DNA of 14,201 nucleotides, from positions 1-14,201 of the forward strand of contig CAYHRK010000084.1 in NCBI GenBank assembly GCA_964358795.1, written 5' to 3'. Below the pieces are notes generated by a model, which was not told the DNA's origin, searched no databases, and worked only from the letters and a program-made list of their open reading frames with translations. The stretch comes from an uncultured Vicinamibacterales bacterium (GTDB lineage: Bacteria; Acidobacteriota; Vicinamibacteria; Vicinamibacterales; JAKQTR01). Shown piece by piece: positions 1 to 9,940 of this stretch. How positions within the stretch are numbered: position 1 is the stretch's first letter; each line of letters starts with the position of its first letter. The position numbers and the translations under genes were made by a program.

Positions 1-948
1 GGCCAGCAGGGCCCAGATGGCGTGTGCAAGCCTGGACCGGTCGTGTCGCGCAATGTCCTTGCGCCAGAAGCGGCCGGTCAGCGTGCGGCAGTGTGGCGGC
101 AGCGTTCCGACCTCCAGGGGATGCTTGTGCTCGGCCGCATAGCGCCCGAGGACCTCGACCGTCGGCCGCCCATCGTTGACGATGGCCGCGTCGATGGGCC
201 GGCCAATGGCGGATTCGAGATGGCTGACGGCGTCGGCGGCCGTGAAACCGGCCATGCCGCGCCCTTCGGTCAGCAGGTTGGCCACCAGAATGACGGGGCC
301 TTGCACATTCGCCAGTGCTTCAGGCACGCCCTGAACGGCAAGAATCGGCATCAGACTCGTGTAGAAGCTGCCGGGGCCAATCACGACGGCATCCAGCTCC
401 CGGATCGCGCCTTCGACCAGCCGGTGCAGCTTCACGGGCGGGTCCAGCCAGACGCGGTCCACCAGAAACCCCTCGGCCTGCCGGGCGTCCACTTCCACTT
501 CGCCGCGAGCAACGCTGCCATCGCCGTAGCTGGCGCACAGGCTGGCGTGCTCGATGCTGACCGGCCACACGCGCCCTTTGCAGCCCAGCAACGACCGCAA
601 TCCTTCGACCGCCGCCAGGAAGTTGCCGCTGTACTGTTCCATCATCGACAGTAGCAGATTGCCGGCCGTGTGGCCGGCCAGCTTGGACTCGTCGAGCGTT
701 GGCAGCCTCGCGAGCAACAGGCGCCGTGCCTCACGCTCGTTGCGTGCCAGCGCCAGCGCGCACTTCAGCACGTCGCCTGGCGGGAGCACACCCAGTTCGT
801 CGCGCAGCTGGCCCGAGCTGCCGCCGCTGTCGAACATGGTGACAATCGCGTTCAGGTCGATCCACGGGTTCCGCTTCAACCCGCCGAGCACACTCGGCAG
901 TCCCGTGCCCCCACCGAGACACCCGACCTTGACAACCCGTAGATTCAT
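1..948 (-). CDS. yvcK: YvcK/CuvA-family gluconeogenesis factor (UPF0052, CofD-like fold). The N-terminus lies in the window and the 3' end runs off the window edge.
   Basis: The reverse complement from 948 reads ATG AAT CTA CGG ... = MNLRVVKVGCLGGGTGLPSVLGGLKRNPWIDLNAIVTMFDSGGSSGQLRDELGVLPPGDVLKCALALA. The GGGTGL nucleotide-binding loop and the block IVTxxDxGGSSGxLRDExGxxPPGDxxxCxxALA are the hallmark motifs of YvcK/CofD-like proteins. The reading frame stays open to position 1. It is absent from the ORF track only because no stop codon falls inside the window. Confidence 0.8.
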   Translation of the reverse strand, partial: MNLRVVKVGCLGGGTGLPSVLGGLKRNPWIDLNAIVTMFDSGGSSGQLRDELGVLPPGDVLKCALALARNEREARRLLLARLPTLDESKLAGHTAGNLLLSMMEQYSGNFLAAVEGLRSLLGCKGRVWPVSIEHASLCASYGDGSVARGEVEVDARQAEGFLVDRVWLDPPVKLHRLVEGAIRELDAVVIGPGSFYTSLMPILAVQGVPEALANVQGPVILVANLLTEGRGMAGFTAADAVSHLESAIGRPIDAAIVNDGRPTVEVLGRYAAEHKHPLEVGTLPPHCRTLTGRFWRKDIARHDRSRLAHAIWALLA

Positions 949-1047
949 TTGTGCGATTCTACCAGTGTTATCGGGCCGCGGCGGGCCAAGTCGGCGGTGT
1001 ATCCGAATCGCCCCACCCGAAGTTGGTGTGCCGCTACAATAGCTCCG

Positions 1048-3234
<2,187 letters not shown>

Positions 3235-3263
3235 AATGAGTCTTCGGCTGTTGAGGTGTCGCT

Positions 3264-6107
3264 GTGAGGATGAGAGTTCTGGGCGCGTGGATAACCGCAG
3301 GCGCGGCGTTGTGGGCGTCGCTCGGCGTGTTGGACATCGTCGGCGGGTCGTCGCCCGTCGTACGCGTGGCCATGCTGCCTGGGGCCGGCCAGTTGCTAGT
3401 CAGCGTGGTCCTGGCGGTACTCGCCGGCGCGGTCCTGGACTGGCGGCTGCCGGCGGCCGGCCGTGTCTCCGGGGTGGTTGCTCCGACCGGCGTGCCACCG
3501 TCTGGTGATAGCTACTTGCCACTCTACGCGCTGGCCGTCCTGGTGCTCCCCTACCTGCCGTGGCTGCCAGACCTGTTGCCCGTGCTGCGGGTCTTTGCGG
3601 GGCCAGGGCGGTACCTGGTATGGCTGGTTGTGTTGAGCCAGGTCGTCTGGGCCACGTTCGGTGCCGGACGAGGCCGGCGGGTCGCGGCAGGATTGCGGGC
3701 GTGGCCGTCGGTTCGCAGCTTCGCCGTCGTGTTTGCCGTCAGTACCGTGTTGTTTGGCGTGGCGTCGGCGGCCTTGTCATCATCGGGGTTGTTTCCTGGC
3801 GGCGACGAACCTCACTACTTGGTGATCACGCAGAGCCTGCTGGCTGACGGTGACCTGCGCATCGACAACAACTATCGCCAGCGCGACTACGCTCCGTACT
3901 TCGACGGCGACCTTGACCCGCACGTGATCGCCAATGGCACGGATGGCAGCGCCTACTCCGTTCATCCGATTGGCCTGCCCGTGCTGCTGGCGCCCGCTGT
4001 GGCGGCTGGCGGCTACCGGGGCGCCGTACTGCTGGTGATCGTGCTGGCGGCGGCGGCGGCGGCGTTCACGTGGCAGTGGGTGCGGCGCCTCACCGGATCG
4101 GTGTCGGCCGCCACGTTTGGCTGGGCCGTCACGTCGACGTCGGTGCCGTTCCTGTGCAGCAGCGGCACGATCTACCCCGAGATTCCCGCGGCTCTGGCTG
4201 TGGTGGTGGCTGCCGCCATGGCTCTGCCGCGAAGCGCTCCCGATTCGTCCGACTCGCCTCACCTGCCGACGCTCCCACGCGCGTTGGTGCTTGGCCTTGC
4301 CGCCGGCGCCCTTCCGTGGCTGCACGCCAAGTACGCGCCCATGTCGGCGGCTCTGCTGGGCGTGGGCTTGTGGCACATCTGGCGGCACACGACGTTGCCA
4401 GCCGCCTCTCGCCTCCGGATCAGCGTGATGGCAGCCGCGCCCTATGTTCTCAGCCTGCTGGGTTGGTTTTCCTATTTCATGATCATCTGGGGATCGCCGT
4501 GGCCATCGTCGGCGTACGGCGGTGCCGACAACACCCAAATGAGCGTCTGGTCGCTGGCGAGAGGCACTGCGGGGCTCCTGACCGATCAGGAGTACGGGGT
4601 CATCAGCTACGCCCCGGCGCTTGGCATTGGCGTGCTGGGGCTCTGGAGGTTGTGGCGGGACGGCGGCCACGCGCGCGCGGTCGGGATCGGATTGTGCGTC
4701 GTGCTTGGTGCGCTGGTCGGCACCGTGGGCGCATTCCAGATGTGGTGGGGCGGCGCGTCGCTGCCCGGCCGGATGATCGTGTCTGGCTTGATGTTGCTGG
4801 CGGTACCCGTGGCGTGGGAGTACCGGGCCGCCGCCCAACGTCCGGAACGCCGCGCGCTGTACCGTCTGCTGCTGTTGATCGGGTTGGCGGCCAGCCTCGC
4901 CTCGCTCGCGGTGCATGGCGGATCGCTGCTGGCGCTCAGACGCGACGGCGTGTCACGTCTGCTCGAGTGGCTGTCGCCCGACTGGCACCTGTGGGCGTAC
5001 GCCCCGGACTACATTACTCAATCGACAACGACCGCACTGGCGCAGACCACCGTCTGGGTGGTGGCCGTGCTGGCCAGCGCCTGGCTCGTCGGGCGGTGGG
5101 CCGCAAGCGGCAGGCGCAAGCCGGGAGTGTCGCGCACCGGACGCGGCGTCGCGTTTCTGCGTGCCGACACCGGATCGCTGCTGGCGGTGCTGCTGGCCAC
5201 GTCGATCATGCCGTGGCTGCTTGGGACGCAGCTCAAGCCGAATCCCGAACCGCGCGATCGGTCTCGCATCGGCATGCTCGAGTCGTTCGACCCGCACGCA
5301 CGGCCCCTGGCGGTGCGGTTCGATCCGTGGTCGCGCATCGACGCGGTGTCGGTGCCCCGTTTGTTTACGCTGACGGCGCGCCCGGGATCCCGCAAAGCCC
5401 GCCAGCCCACCCCCGTGCTGTTGAATGCGCGATTCGCACTGCCTGCGGGACGGTACGAGGTGCAGCTTGCCACCGATCGCGTCGTGCCGGACCAACCTCC
5501 GCTTGCCGGGTCGCTGGAGCTGTTGGGCGGGAGGTCCGGCGGATCGCTGGCCCAATGGGATGTCGAGGGCAGGGCAGGCGGAAGATGGGAAGGCTGGTTC
5601 GACCTGCCAGTGGACGTCAACTTCGTCGGCTTCAGAGCATCTACCAACCTCGAGGCACGCGTCGGCGAGCTGCGCATCACACCGGTGCGCATCGTTCCCA
5701 CGGCCGATCGGATCGCCGCCTACGACGTGCTGGCGGCCGCTATGTTGAGTCGTTTCGTCTTCCTGTTCCACGACGGCAGCTCGTACCCCGAAGCCTCGGG
5801 GTTCTGGGTGCGAGGCGCCAACCGGACCGTGGTGTCGGTGGTGTCGAAGACTGGCCCGGTCACCACCGACGTGACACTGGTGCTGCGCAGTCCAGTCGCA
5901 AACAGCGTCCGACTCGACACACCAGGCCATTCGTGGTCGATCGAACTGCGGCCCAACGTGCCGGTCGAGATCCGTGTCACGCCGACGCCGCTGGATGGCA
6001 CGTTGCGAATGGTGATAAGTCCCGAACGCGGATTCTCGCCCGCCGAGGTTGAACGTGGCAGCCAGGATCGCCGATTTCTCGGGTGCTGGGTCGAGGTTGT
6101 CGGATAG
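3264..6107 (+). CDS. Polytopic membrane protein of the GT-C glycosyltransferase superfamily (ArnT/PMT-like, GT39/GT83-type DE loop) with a ~330-aa C-terminal soluble, probably periplasmic, beta-rich domain
   Basis: At least 10 hydrophobic helices lie in the first ~600 aa. The first large loop, after 5 predicted TM helices, reads GGDEPHYLVITQSLLADGDLRIDNNYRQRDYAPYF...VHPIGLP. This parallels the E. coli ArnT periplasmic loop [37 protein letters not shown] and the DE motif of PMTs. The C-terminal third, from about residue 620, is hydrophilic. GTG 3264 is preceded by GAGGTG 6 nt upstream. ATG 3270 and ATG 3372 are alternative starts. Confidence 0.6.
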   Translation: MRMRVLGAWITAGAALWASLGVLDIVGGSSPVVRVAMLPGAGQLLVSVVLAVLAGAVLDWRLPAAGRVSGVVAPTGVPPSGDSYLPLYALAVLVLPYLPWLPDLLPVLRVFAGPGRYLVWLVVLSQVVWATFGAGRGRRVAAGLRAWPSVRSFAVVFAVSTVLFGVASAALSSSGLFPGGDEPHYLVITQSLLADGDLRIDNNYRQRDYAPYFDGDLDPHVIANGTDGSAYSVHPIGLPVLLAPAVAAGGYRGAVLLVIVLAAAAAAFTWQWVRRLTGSVSAATFGWAVTSTSVPFLCSSGTIYPEIPAALAVVVAAAMALPRSAPDSSDSPHLPTLPRALVLGLAAGALPWLHAKYAPMSAALLGVGLWHIWRHTTLPAASRLRISVMAAAPYVLSLLGWFSYFMIIWGSPWPSSAYGGADNTQMSVWSLARGTAGLLTDQEYGVISYAPALGIGVLGLWRLWRDGGHARAVGIGLCVVLGALVGTVGAFQMWWGGASLPGRMIVSGLMLLAVPVAWEYRAAAQRPERRALYRLLLLIGLAASLASLAVHGGSLLALRRDGVSRLLEWLSPDWHLWAYAPDYITQSTTTALAQTTVWVVAVLASAWLVGRWAASGRRKPGVSRTGRGVAFLRADTGSLLAVLLATSIMPWLLGTQLKPNPEPRDRSRIGMLESFDPHARPLAVRFDPWSRIDAVSVPRLFTLTARPGSRKARQPTPVLLNARFALPAGRYEVQLATDRVVPDQPPLAGSLELLGGRSGGSLAQWDVEGRAGGRWEGWFDLPVDVNFVGFRASTNLEARVGELRITPVRIVPTADRIAAYDVLAAAMLSRFVFLFHDGSSYPEASGFWVRGANRTVVSVVSKTGPVTTDVTLVLRSPVANSVRLDTPGHSWSIELRPNVPVEIRVTPTPLDGTLRMVISPERGFSPAEVERGSQDRRFLGCWVEVVG

Positions 6108-6148
6108 ATACGTCACGGGCTCACGCCCCATTCCTGAAGGAGACGTGC

Positions 6149-6643
6149 ATGGGTATGAGGGACGCGTTGTTGCCGGAGTTCGATCACGAAATCGCCGTCG
6201 CACGCAAGGTGCTCGAGCGCGTCGCCCAGGACAAGCTGGCGTGGAAACCCCACGACAGGTCGATGTCGCTGGGCCGTCTGGCCACCCACGTGGCCGAGAT
6301 CCCCCATTGGGCCCAGACCATCCTGAACGAGCCCGAGTTCAACATGACGCCGAGCTCTTACCAGCCGCAGGAGAAGTCCACGCTGGCCGACATCCTGGCC
6401 TTGTTCGATGAGAACACCGGAAAGGCCCGGGCGATCCTGACCGGCAAGAGCGACGCCGAGTTGATGAGTTCGTGGAGTTTCAAACAGGACGGCAAGGAAG
6501 TGTTTGCCATGCCGCGTGCGGCAGCCTGGCGCTCGTGGGTGATGAACCACATCATTCACCATCGCGGCCAGCTCAGCGTATACCTGCGCCTGACCGGCTC
6601 GAAGGTGCCCAGTCTGTACGGCCCCAGCGCCGACGAGAGCTGA
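6149..6643 (+). CDS. DinB-family (DinB/YfiT-like four-helix-bundle, metal-dependent) protein
   Basis: The motifs are LGRLATHVAE...W...NHIIHHRGQLSVYLRLTG, with the conserved His triad pattern and HHRGQ signature of the DinB superfamily. A strong RBS, GAAGGAGA, ends 6 nt before ATG 6149. The track ORF from 6083 has no RBS. The stop is TGA at 6641-6643. Confidence 0.8.
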   Translation: MGMRDALLPEFDHEIAVARKVLERVAQDKLAWKPHDRSMSLGRLATHVAEIPHWAQTILNEPEFNMTPSSYQPQEKSTLADILALFDENTGKARAILTGKSDAELMSSWSFKQDGKEVFAMPRAAAWRSWVMNHIIHHRGQLSVYLRLTGSKVPSLYGPSADES

Positions 6644-6647
6644 TCGA

Positions 6648-8291
6648 TCAGCGCTTCACTGGTTCGGCGGCTTTCACGGGCGGCGGGTACGGGATTCCCA
6701 GCTGTTCGAGGTACGTCTTGTACCGGGACGGGTCGAAATAGTACTTCTTCATCCGTTCCCGGTACTGCTCCATGATCTTCGCGTTCAAGAAGGTGGGCGG
6801 CTGATCGCTGGGCCTGATGAGCGGCGTGTAGGTCAACTCCTTGGTCTGGACGTTCTTGAAGTAGTCGGCGGCCTGCTGCACGAGGGCCGGCTTCAGCAGC
6901 AGATCGAGCATGGTCAGCGCCTGCACCTTCGCACCGGCGGTGCACCCCTTGTGGGCAATGGGTGTGGCCATCGACACGGCATTCACCCAATTGTGGCCCG
7001 GCAGATTCGGAATATTCGCCGGGTACCGCAGCGTGACGGTCGGGACATTCCACGAGACATCACCGATGTCGTCGGATCCCCCACCGCGCTTGTCTTCGTC
7101 TCTGATGGGCTGGCCGAGTTTCCCGACTACCAGCTCGAGCCCGCGTTCAGGCTGCTTCAACTCGCGCTGCACCAGTTTGGCCAGCAACTGATCCGCATCG
7201 TCCCATGTCGGCATGCCGACCTGCTGGATGTTGGCGTACATCGCGTCGGCCACCACTTTGTTGAAGTGTTGCGGCCAGGCGGCGCCCAGCACCCGGGACG
7301 TGACCGTGGTGTCGGTCATCATGGCGGCCGCGTCCGCCATTCTGTTGCCGATGTCCCACATCTGCTTGATGCGCGGGTAGTCGGTTTCGCGGAAGTAGTA
7401 CCAGACCGAGGCGGACGACGGCACCACGTTGGGCTGATCGCCGCCATCGGTAATCACCGAGTGCGAGCGCTGCTGGATCCGCAGGTGCTCGCGGCGGAAG
7501 TTCCACCCCACGTCCATCAACTCCACCGCGTCCAGCGCGCTGCGGCCGCGCCAGGGTGCTCCCGCGCTATGGGCGCTCTCACCTTTGAACTGATACTCCA
7601 CCGACACCAGGCCGTTGCCGCTGTCCGATCCCCACGATACGCCCATGCTGCTCGACACGTGCGAGAACAGCACGATGTCGACGTCTTTGAAGATGCCGGC
7701 GCGCACAAGAAACGCCTTGCCGGCCACCAGTTCCTCGGCCACACCGGGCCAGATCTTGATCGTGCCGGGTAGTTTCTCGCGCCCCATGATCGTCTTCACG
7801 GCGAGCGCGGCGGTGATGTTCACCACCTGGCCGGAGTTGTGACCTTCGCCGTGGCCAGGCGCGCCGTCGACCAGTGGTTCATGCCACGGGATGCCGGGCT
7901 TCTGGTTGGTCTGCGGCAAAGCATCGATATCGGAGCCCAGGGCGATGACGGGTTTTCCTGATCCCCACGTCGCGACCCACGCCGTCGGCATGCCAGCCAC
8001 CCCGGTCTCCACGGTAAAGCCCTGCTTGCGCAGCAGATCGACGAGGTATTTCGACGTCTCGAACTCCTGAAAGCCGAGCTCGCCGAAGCTGAAGATCTGG
8101 TCGACCGCCTGCTGCGTCAACGTCTTCATGCCGTCGACCCCGGCGATCGCCTGCTGCTTCAGGAGCTGCAGCCTTGCCTCGACCGGATCGAGAGGGAGTT
8201 TCTTCGCGCCCTGGGGCGGCGGCGCGGCCAGCACCAAAGTTCCCAGACCCATCATCAGCACGAGTGTCGCCAGTCGTCGTGATCGAATCAT
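6648..8291 (-). CDS. Secreted M20-family metallopeptidase/amidohydrolase (M20D, p-aminobenzoyl-glutamate hydrolase subunit B-like)
   Basis: The N-terminal signal peptide is MIRSRRLATLVLMMGLGTLVLAAPPP. The metal-binding region GHGEGHNSG resembles the GHACGHN motif of AbgB-type M20D enzymes. Length is 547 aa. The RBS GGGAGG lies upstream of ATG on the minus strand (plus 8289-8291 = CAT). Confidence 0.8.
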   Translation of the reverse strand: MIRSRRLATLVLMMGLGTLVLAAPPPQGAKKLPLDPVEARLQLLKQQAIAGVDGMKTLTQQAVDQIFSFGELGFQEFETSKYLVDLLRKQGFTVETGVAGMPTAWVATWGSGKPVIALGSDIDALPQTNQKPGIPWHEPLVDGAPGHGEGHNSGQVVNITAALAVKTIMGREKLPGTIKIWPGVAEELVAGKAFLVRAGIFKDVDIVLFSHVSSSMGVSWGSDSGNGLVSVEYQFKGESAHSAGAPWRGRSALDAVELMDVGWNFRREHLRIQQRSHSVITDGGDQPNVVPSSASVWYYFRETDYPRIKQMWDIGNRMADAAAMMTDTTVTSRVLGAAWPQHFNKVVADAMYANIQQVGMPTWDDADQLLAKLVQRELKQPERGLELVVGKLGQPIRDEDKRGGGSDDIGDVSWNVPTVTLRYPANIPNLPGHNWVNAVSMATPIAHKGCTAGAKVQALTMLDLLLKPALVQQAADYFKNVQTKELTYTPLIRPSDQPPTFLNAKIMEQYRERMKKYYFDPSRYKTYLEQLGIPYPPPVKAAEPVKR

Positions 8292-8364
8292 CGAGGTGCC
8301 CTCCCGTTACGCGATGTCGGCCCGTAGTCTACTCCACTCTGTGCTGCGATAGACTGGAAGGCCA

Positions 8365-9399
8365 ATGCACGAGTATGCCCCTCCGGGATGGCTGCGCGGC
8401 GGCCACCGGATGACCATCTATGCATGGGCCCGGCGCCGCGCCTTTCCGTCACTTCCCGCGGCCACTCCCCGTTACTTCGACGTGGCGCCGCGCGTGCGCT
8501 TGCTGGGTCTGTGCCACTGGCAGGCGCGCCCGGCGGATCATCCGACGCTGGTCGTGCTTCATGGCCTCGAGGGATCCAGCGATGCGCACTACATGCGTGG
8601 CATTGCCGACAAAGCCTTCCGCCGTGGCTTCAACGTGGTGCGGATGAACCATCGCAACTGCGGTAACACCGAGCACTTGTCGGAAGGTCTGTACCATTCG
8701 GGCCTGACCTCGGATCACGAAGCCGTGGTGCGCGAGCTGGCAGAGGAAGACCGTCTGCCGTCGATCGTGCTGGCCGGCTACTCGCTTGGAGGCAATCTCG
8801 CGCTCAAACTGGCCGGGGACGCCGGGGCGGCCGCGCCCCCTTGGCTGGCTGGCGTGTGCGCCGTGTCTCCTACGCTGGACCTGGCCGCCTGCATGGACCT
8901 GCTGGAGCGCGGAGAGAACCGCCTCTACGAATGGAACTTCATGCAAAGCTTGAAGCGCCGGCTGCGCCGCAAGGCGCGGCTGACCCCGGGGGTGTACGAC
9001 CTGCGCGGCCTGTGGCGCGTGTGGAGCGTGCGGACTTTCGATGACCGCTACACGGCCCGCCATCACGGGTTCGCAGGCGCAGCCGACTATTACTACCGCG
9101 CGGCTTCCATGCGCGTGGTCGACCGGATTGCCGTGCCCGCGCTCATCATCACTGCCGAAGACGACCCGTTCGTTCCCTCGGCACCGTTTGGCGAACCGGC
9201 GGTGACGGGCAACCCTCACCTGACGGTCATCATCACCCGCCACGGAGGCCACTGCGGATTCGTCGAAGCGCCGCGCGACGGCTACGACGGCTACTGGGCC
9301 GAAGCGGCGATTGTCGAGTTCGCCGAAGCGGCGACCAACGCCCTTCGAAGCCGCGCGGCACATGCGGGGCCCCTGGCCGCGGCGTCGTGTTTGAAATAG
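8365..9399 (+). CDS. YheT-type alpha/beta-fold hydrolase (abhydrolase, predicted esterase)
   Basis: The motifs are PTLVVLHGLEGSSDAHYMRG, the nucleophile elbow GYSLGGN (GxSxG), and distal D (AEDDPFVP) and H (RHGGHCGFVE) forming a probable catalytic triad. Architecture and spacing match the E. coli YheT family. GGAAGG lies 4 nt before ATG 8365. Confidence 0.8.
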   Translation: MHEYAPPGWLRGGHRMTIYAWARRRAFPSLPAATPRYFDVAPRVRLLGLCHWQARPADHPTLVVLHGLEGSSDAHYMRGIADKAFRRGFNVVRMNHRNCGNTEHLSEGLYHSGLTSDHEAVVRELAEEDRLPSIVLAGYSLGGNLALKLAGDAGAAAPPWLAGVCAVSPTLDLAACMDLLERGENRLYEWNFMQSLKRRLRRKARLTPGVYDLRGLWRVWSVRTFDDRYTARHHGFAGAADYYYRAASMRVVDRIAVPALIITAEDDPFVPSAPFGEPAVTGNPHLTVIITRHGGHCGFVEAPRDGYDGYWAEAAIVEFAEAATNALRSRAAHAGPLAAASCLK

Positions 9400-9410
9400 A
9401 CGTACTGACG

Positions 9411-9728
9411 CTACCAGCGCGGCTCGCGTGGCTCGTGCCGGCCGCCACCGCCGCCGCCGGCGCCGAACGATCCGCCCGAGCCCTTGGGCCGCGCCTCGTT
9501 CACGACCAGCGCCCGTCCCTGCATGTCGAACTGATTGAGGTCGGCGACGGCTTTCTGCGCGGCCTCCTCGGTGGCCATCTCGACGAAGCCGAACCCGCGT
9601 GCACGGCCCGTGGCCGTATCACGCATGACCTGCACCGACGCCACCGCGCCAGCCTGACCGAACAGTGTGCGCAATTCGTCGTCCGTGCACGAGTAGGGAA
9701 GATTGCCCACGTACAGTTTGCAGCCCAT
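9411..9728 (-). CDS. Small glycine-rich RNA-binding protein with a single RRM domain (cyanobacterial Rbp-like)
   Basis: RNP-2 is KLYVGNL. RNP-1 is RGFGFVEM. The C-terminal tail is Gly-rich, GSGGSFGAGGGGGG. ATG at minus 9728, MGCKLYVGNL, is the likely start. GTG 9749 is the alternative used by the ORF track. AGGAG lies upstream of the ATG. Confidence 0.9.
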   Translation of the reverse strand: MGCKLYVGNLPYSCTDDELRTLFGQAGAVASVQVMRDTATGRARGFGFVEMATEEAAQKAVADLNQFDMQGRALVVNEARPKGSGGSFGAGGGGGGRHEPREPRW

Positions 9729-9876
9729 ACTTTGCCTGACTCCTGACACCTCGCGCGCTCACGAGCAGCGACGATCCGGCGCGAATTCGGTCGATCGCTG
9801 GGGAGACGTTTTCACGCAGATGTGGTGCGGACAATCCGAACGGTCCGAGGCACAGCGGCGCGGTCTCGCCGAAACG
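9729..9876 (-). other. Predicted ~150-nt 5' untranslated leader of the RRM-protein mRNA
   Basis: The leader runs from the candidate TSS about 7 nt downstream of the minus-strand extended -10 (TGGTATACT, plus coordinates 9883-9891) to the ATG at 9728. No ORF with an RBS falls in this interval. Confidence 0.3.
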
Positions 9877-9882
9877 GCCCGC

Positions 9883-9900
9883 AGTATACCAAAAAAGATA
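9883..9900 (-). promoter_or_regulatory. Extended -10 promoter element (TGGTATACT) with an upstream A/T tract, reading toward the RRM gene
   Basis: On the minus strand the sequence reads ...CCTATCTTTTTTGGTATACTGCGGG. TATACT is 5/6 of the consensus. TG sits at -15/-14. The T6 tract is highly unusual in this GC-rich window. The -35 region is poor, which extended -10 promoters tolerate. Confidence 0.35.
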
Positions 9901-9940
9901 GGAATTCGGGATTAGGGATCAGGAGAAATCCCGCGTTAGA

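Noticed and set aside
22-654. 210-aa plus-strand ORF at the left edge
   Set aside because: It is antisense to the well-supported yvcK-like gene on the minus strand. Its translation is Ala/Arg/Gly-rich without motifs. This is a typical high-GC antisense open frame.
3780-6203. Very long alternative-frame and antisense ORFs inside the GT-C gene: 3780..4916 minus, 4070..6052 plus, 4953..6203 minus and 5018..5701 minus
   Set aside because: Stop-codon scarcity in roughly 70% GC DNA explains them. Their translations are Arg/Gly/Pro-rich. The frame-3264 product has coherent TM helices and a recognisable GT-C loop.
8292-8364. Inverted repeat AGTCTA-N18-TAGACT (8326-8331 and 8350-8355) in the divergent M20 peptidase/YheT region
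   Set aside because: The arms are only 6 bp with a long spacer. It is a plausible operator but not distinguishable from chance.
6951-9363. ORFs 6951..7772 plus, 6556..7053 minus and 8449..9363 minus
   Set aside because: They are antisense or out-of-frame to the M20 peptidase and YheT hydrolase genes, which both carry clear family motifs and proper RBSs.
9783-9909. Two copies of GAATTCGG (9783-9790 and 9902-9909) in the RRM/sco1 intergenic region
   Set aside because: The repeat is only 8 bp, and recurrence at that length is expected by chance. No further symmetry was found.
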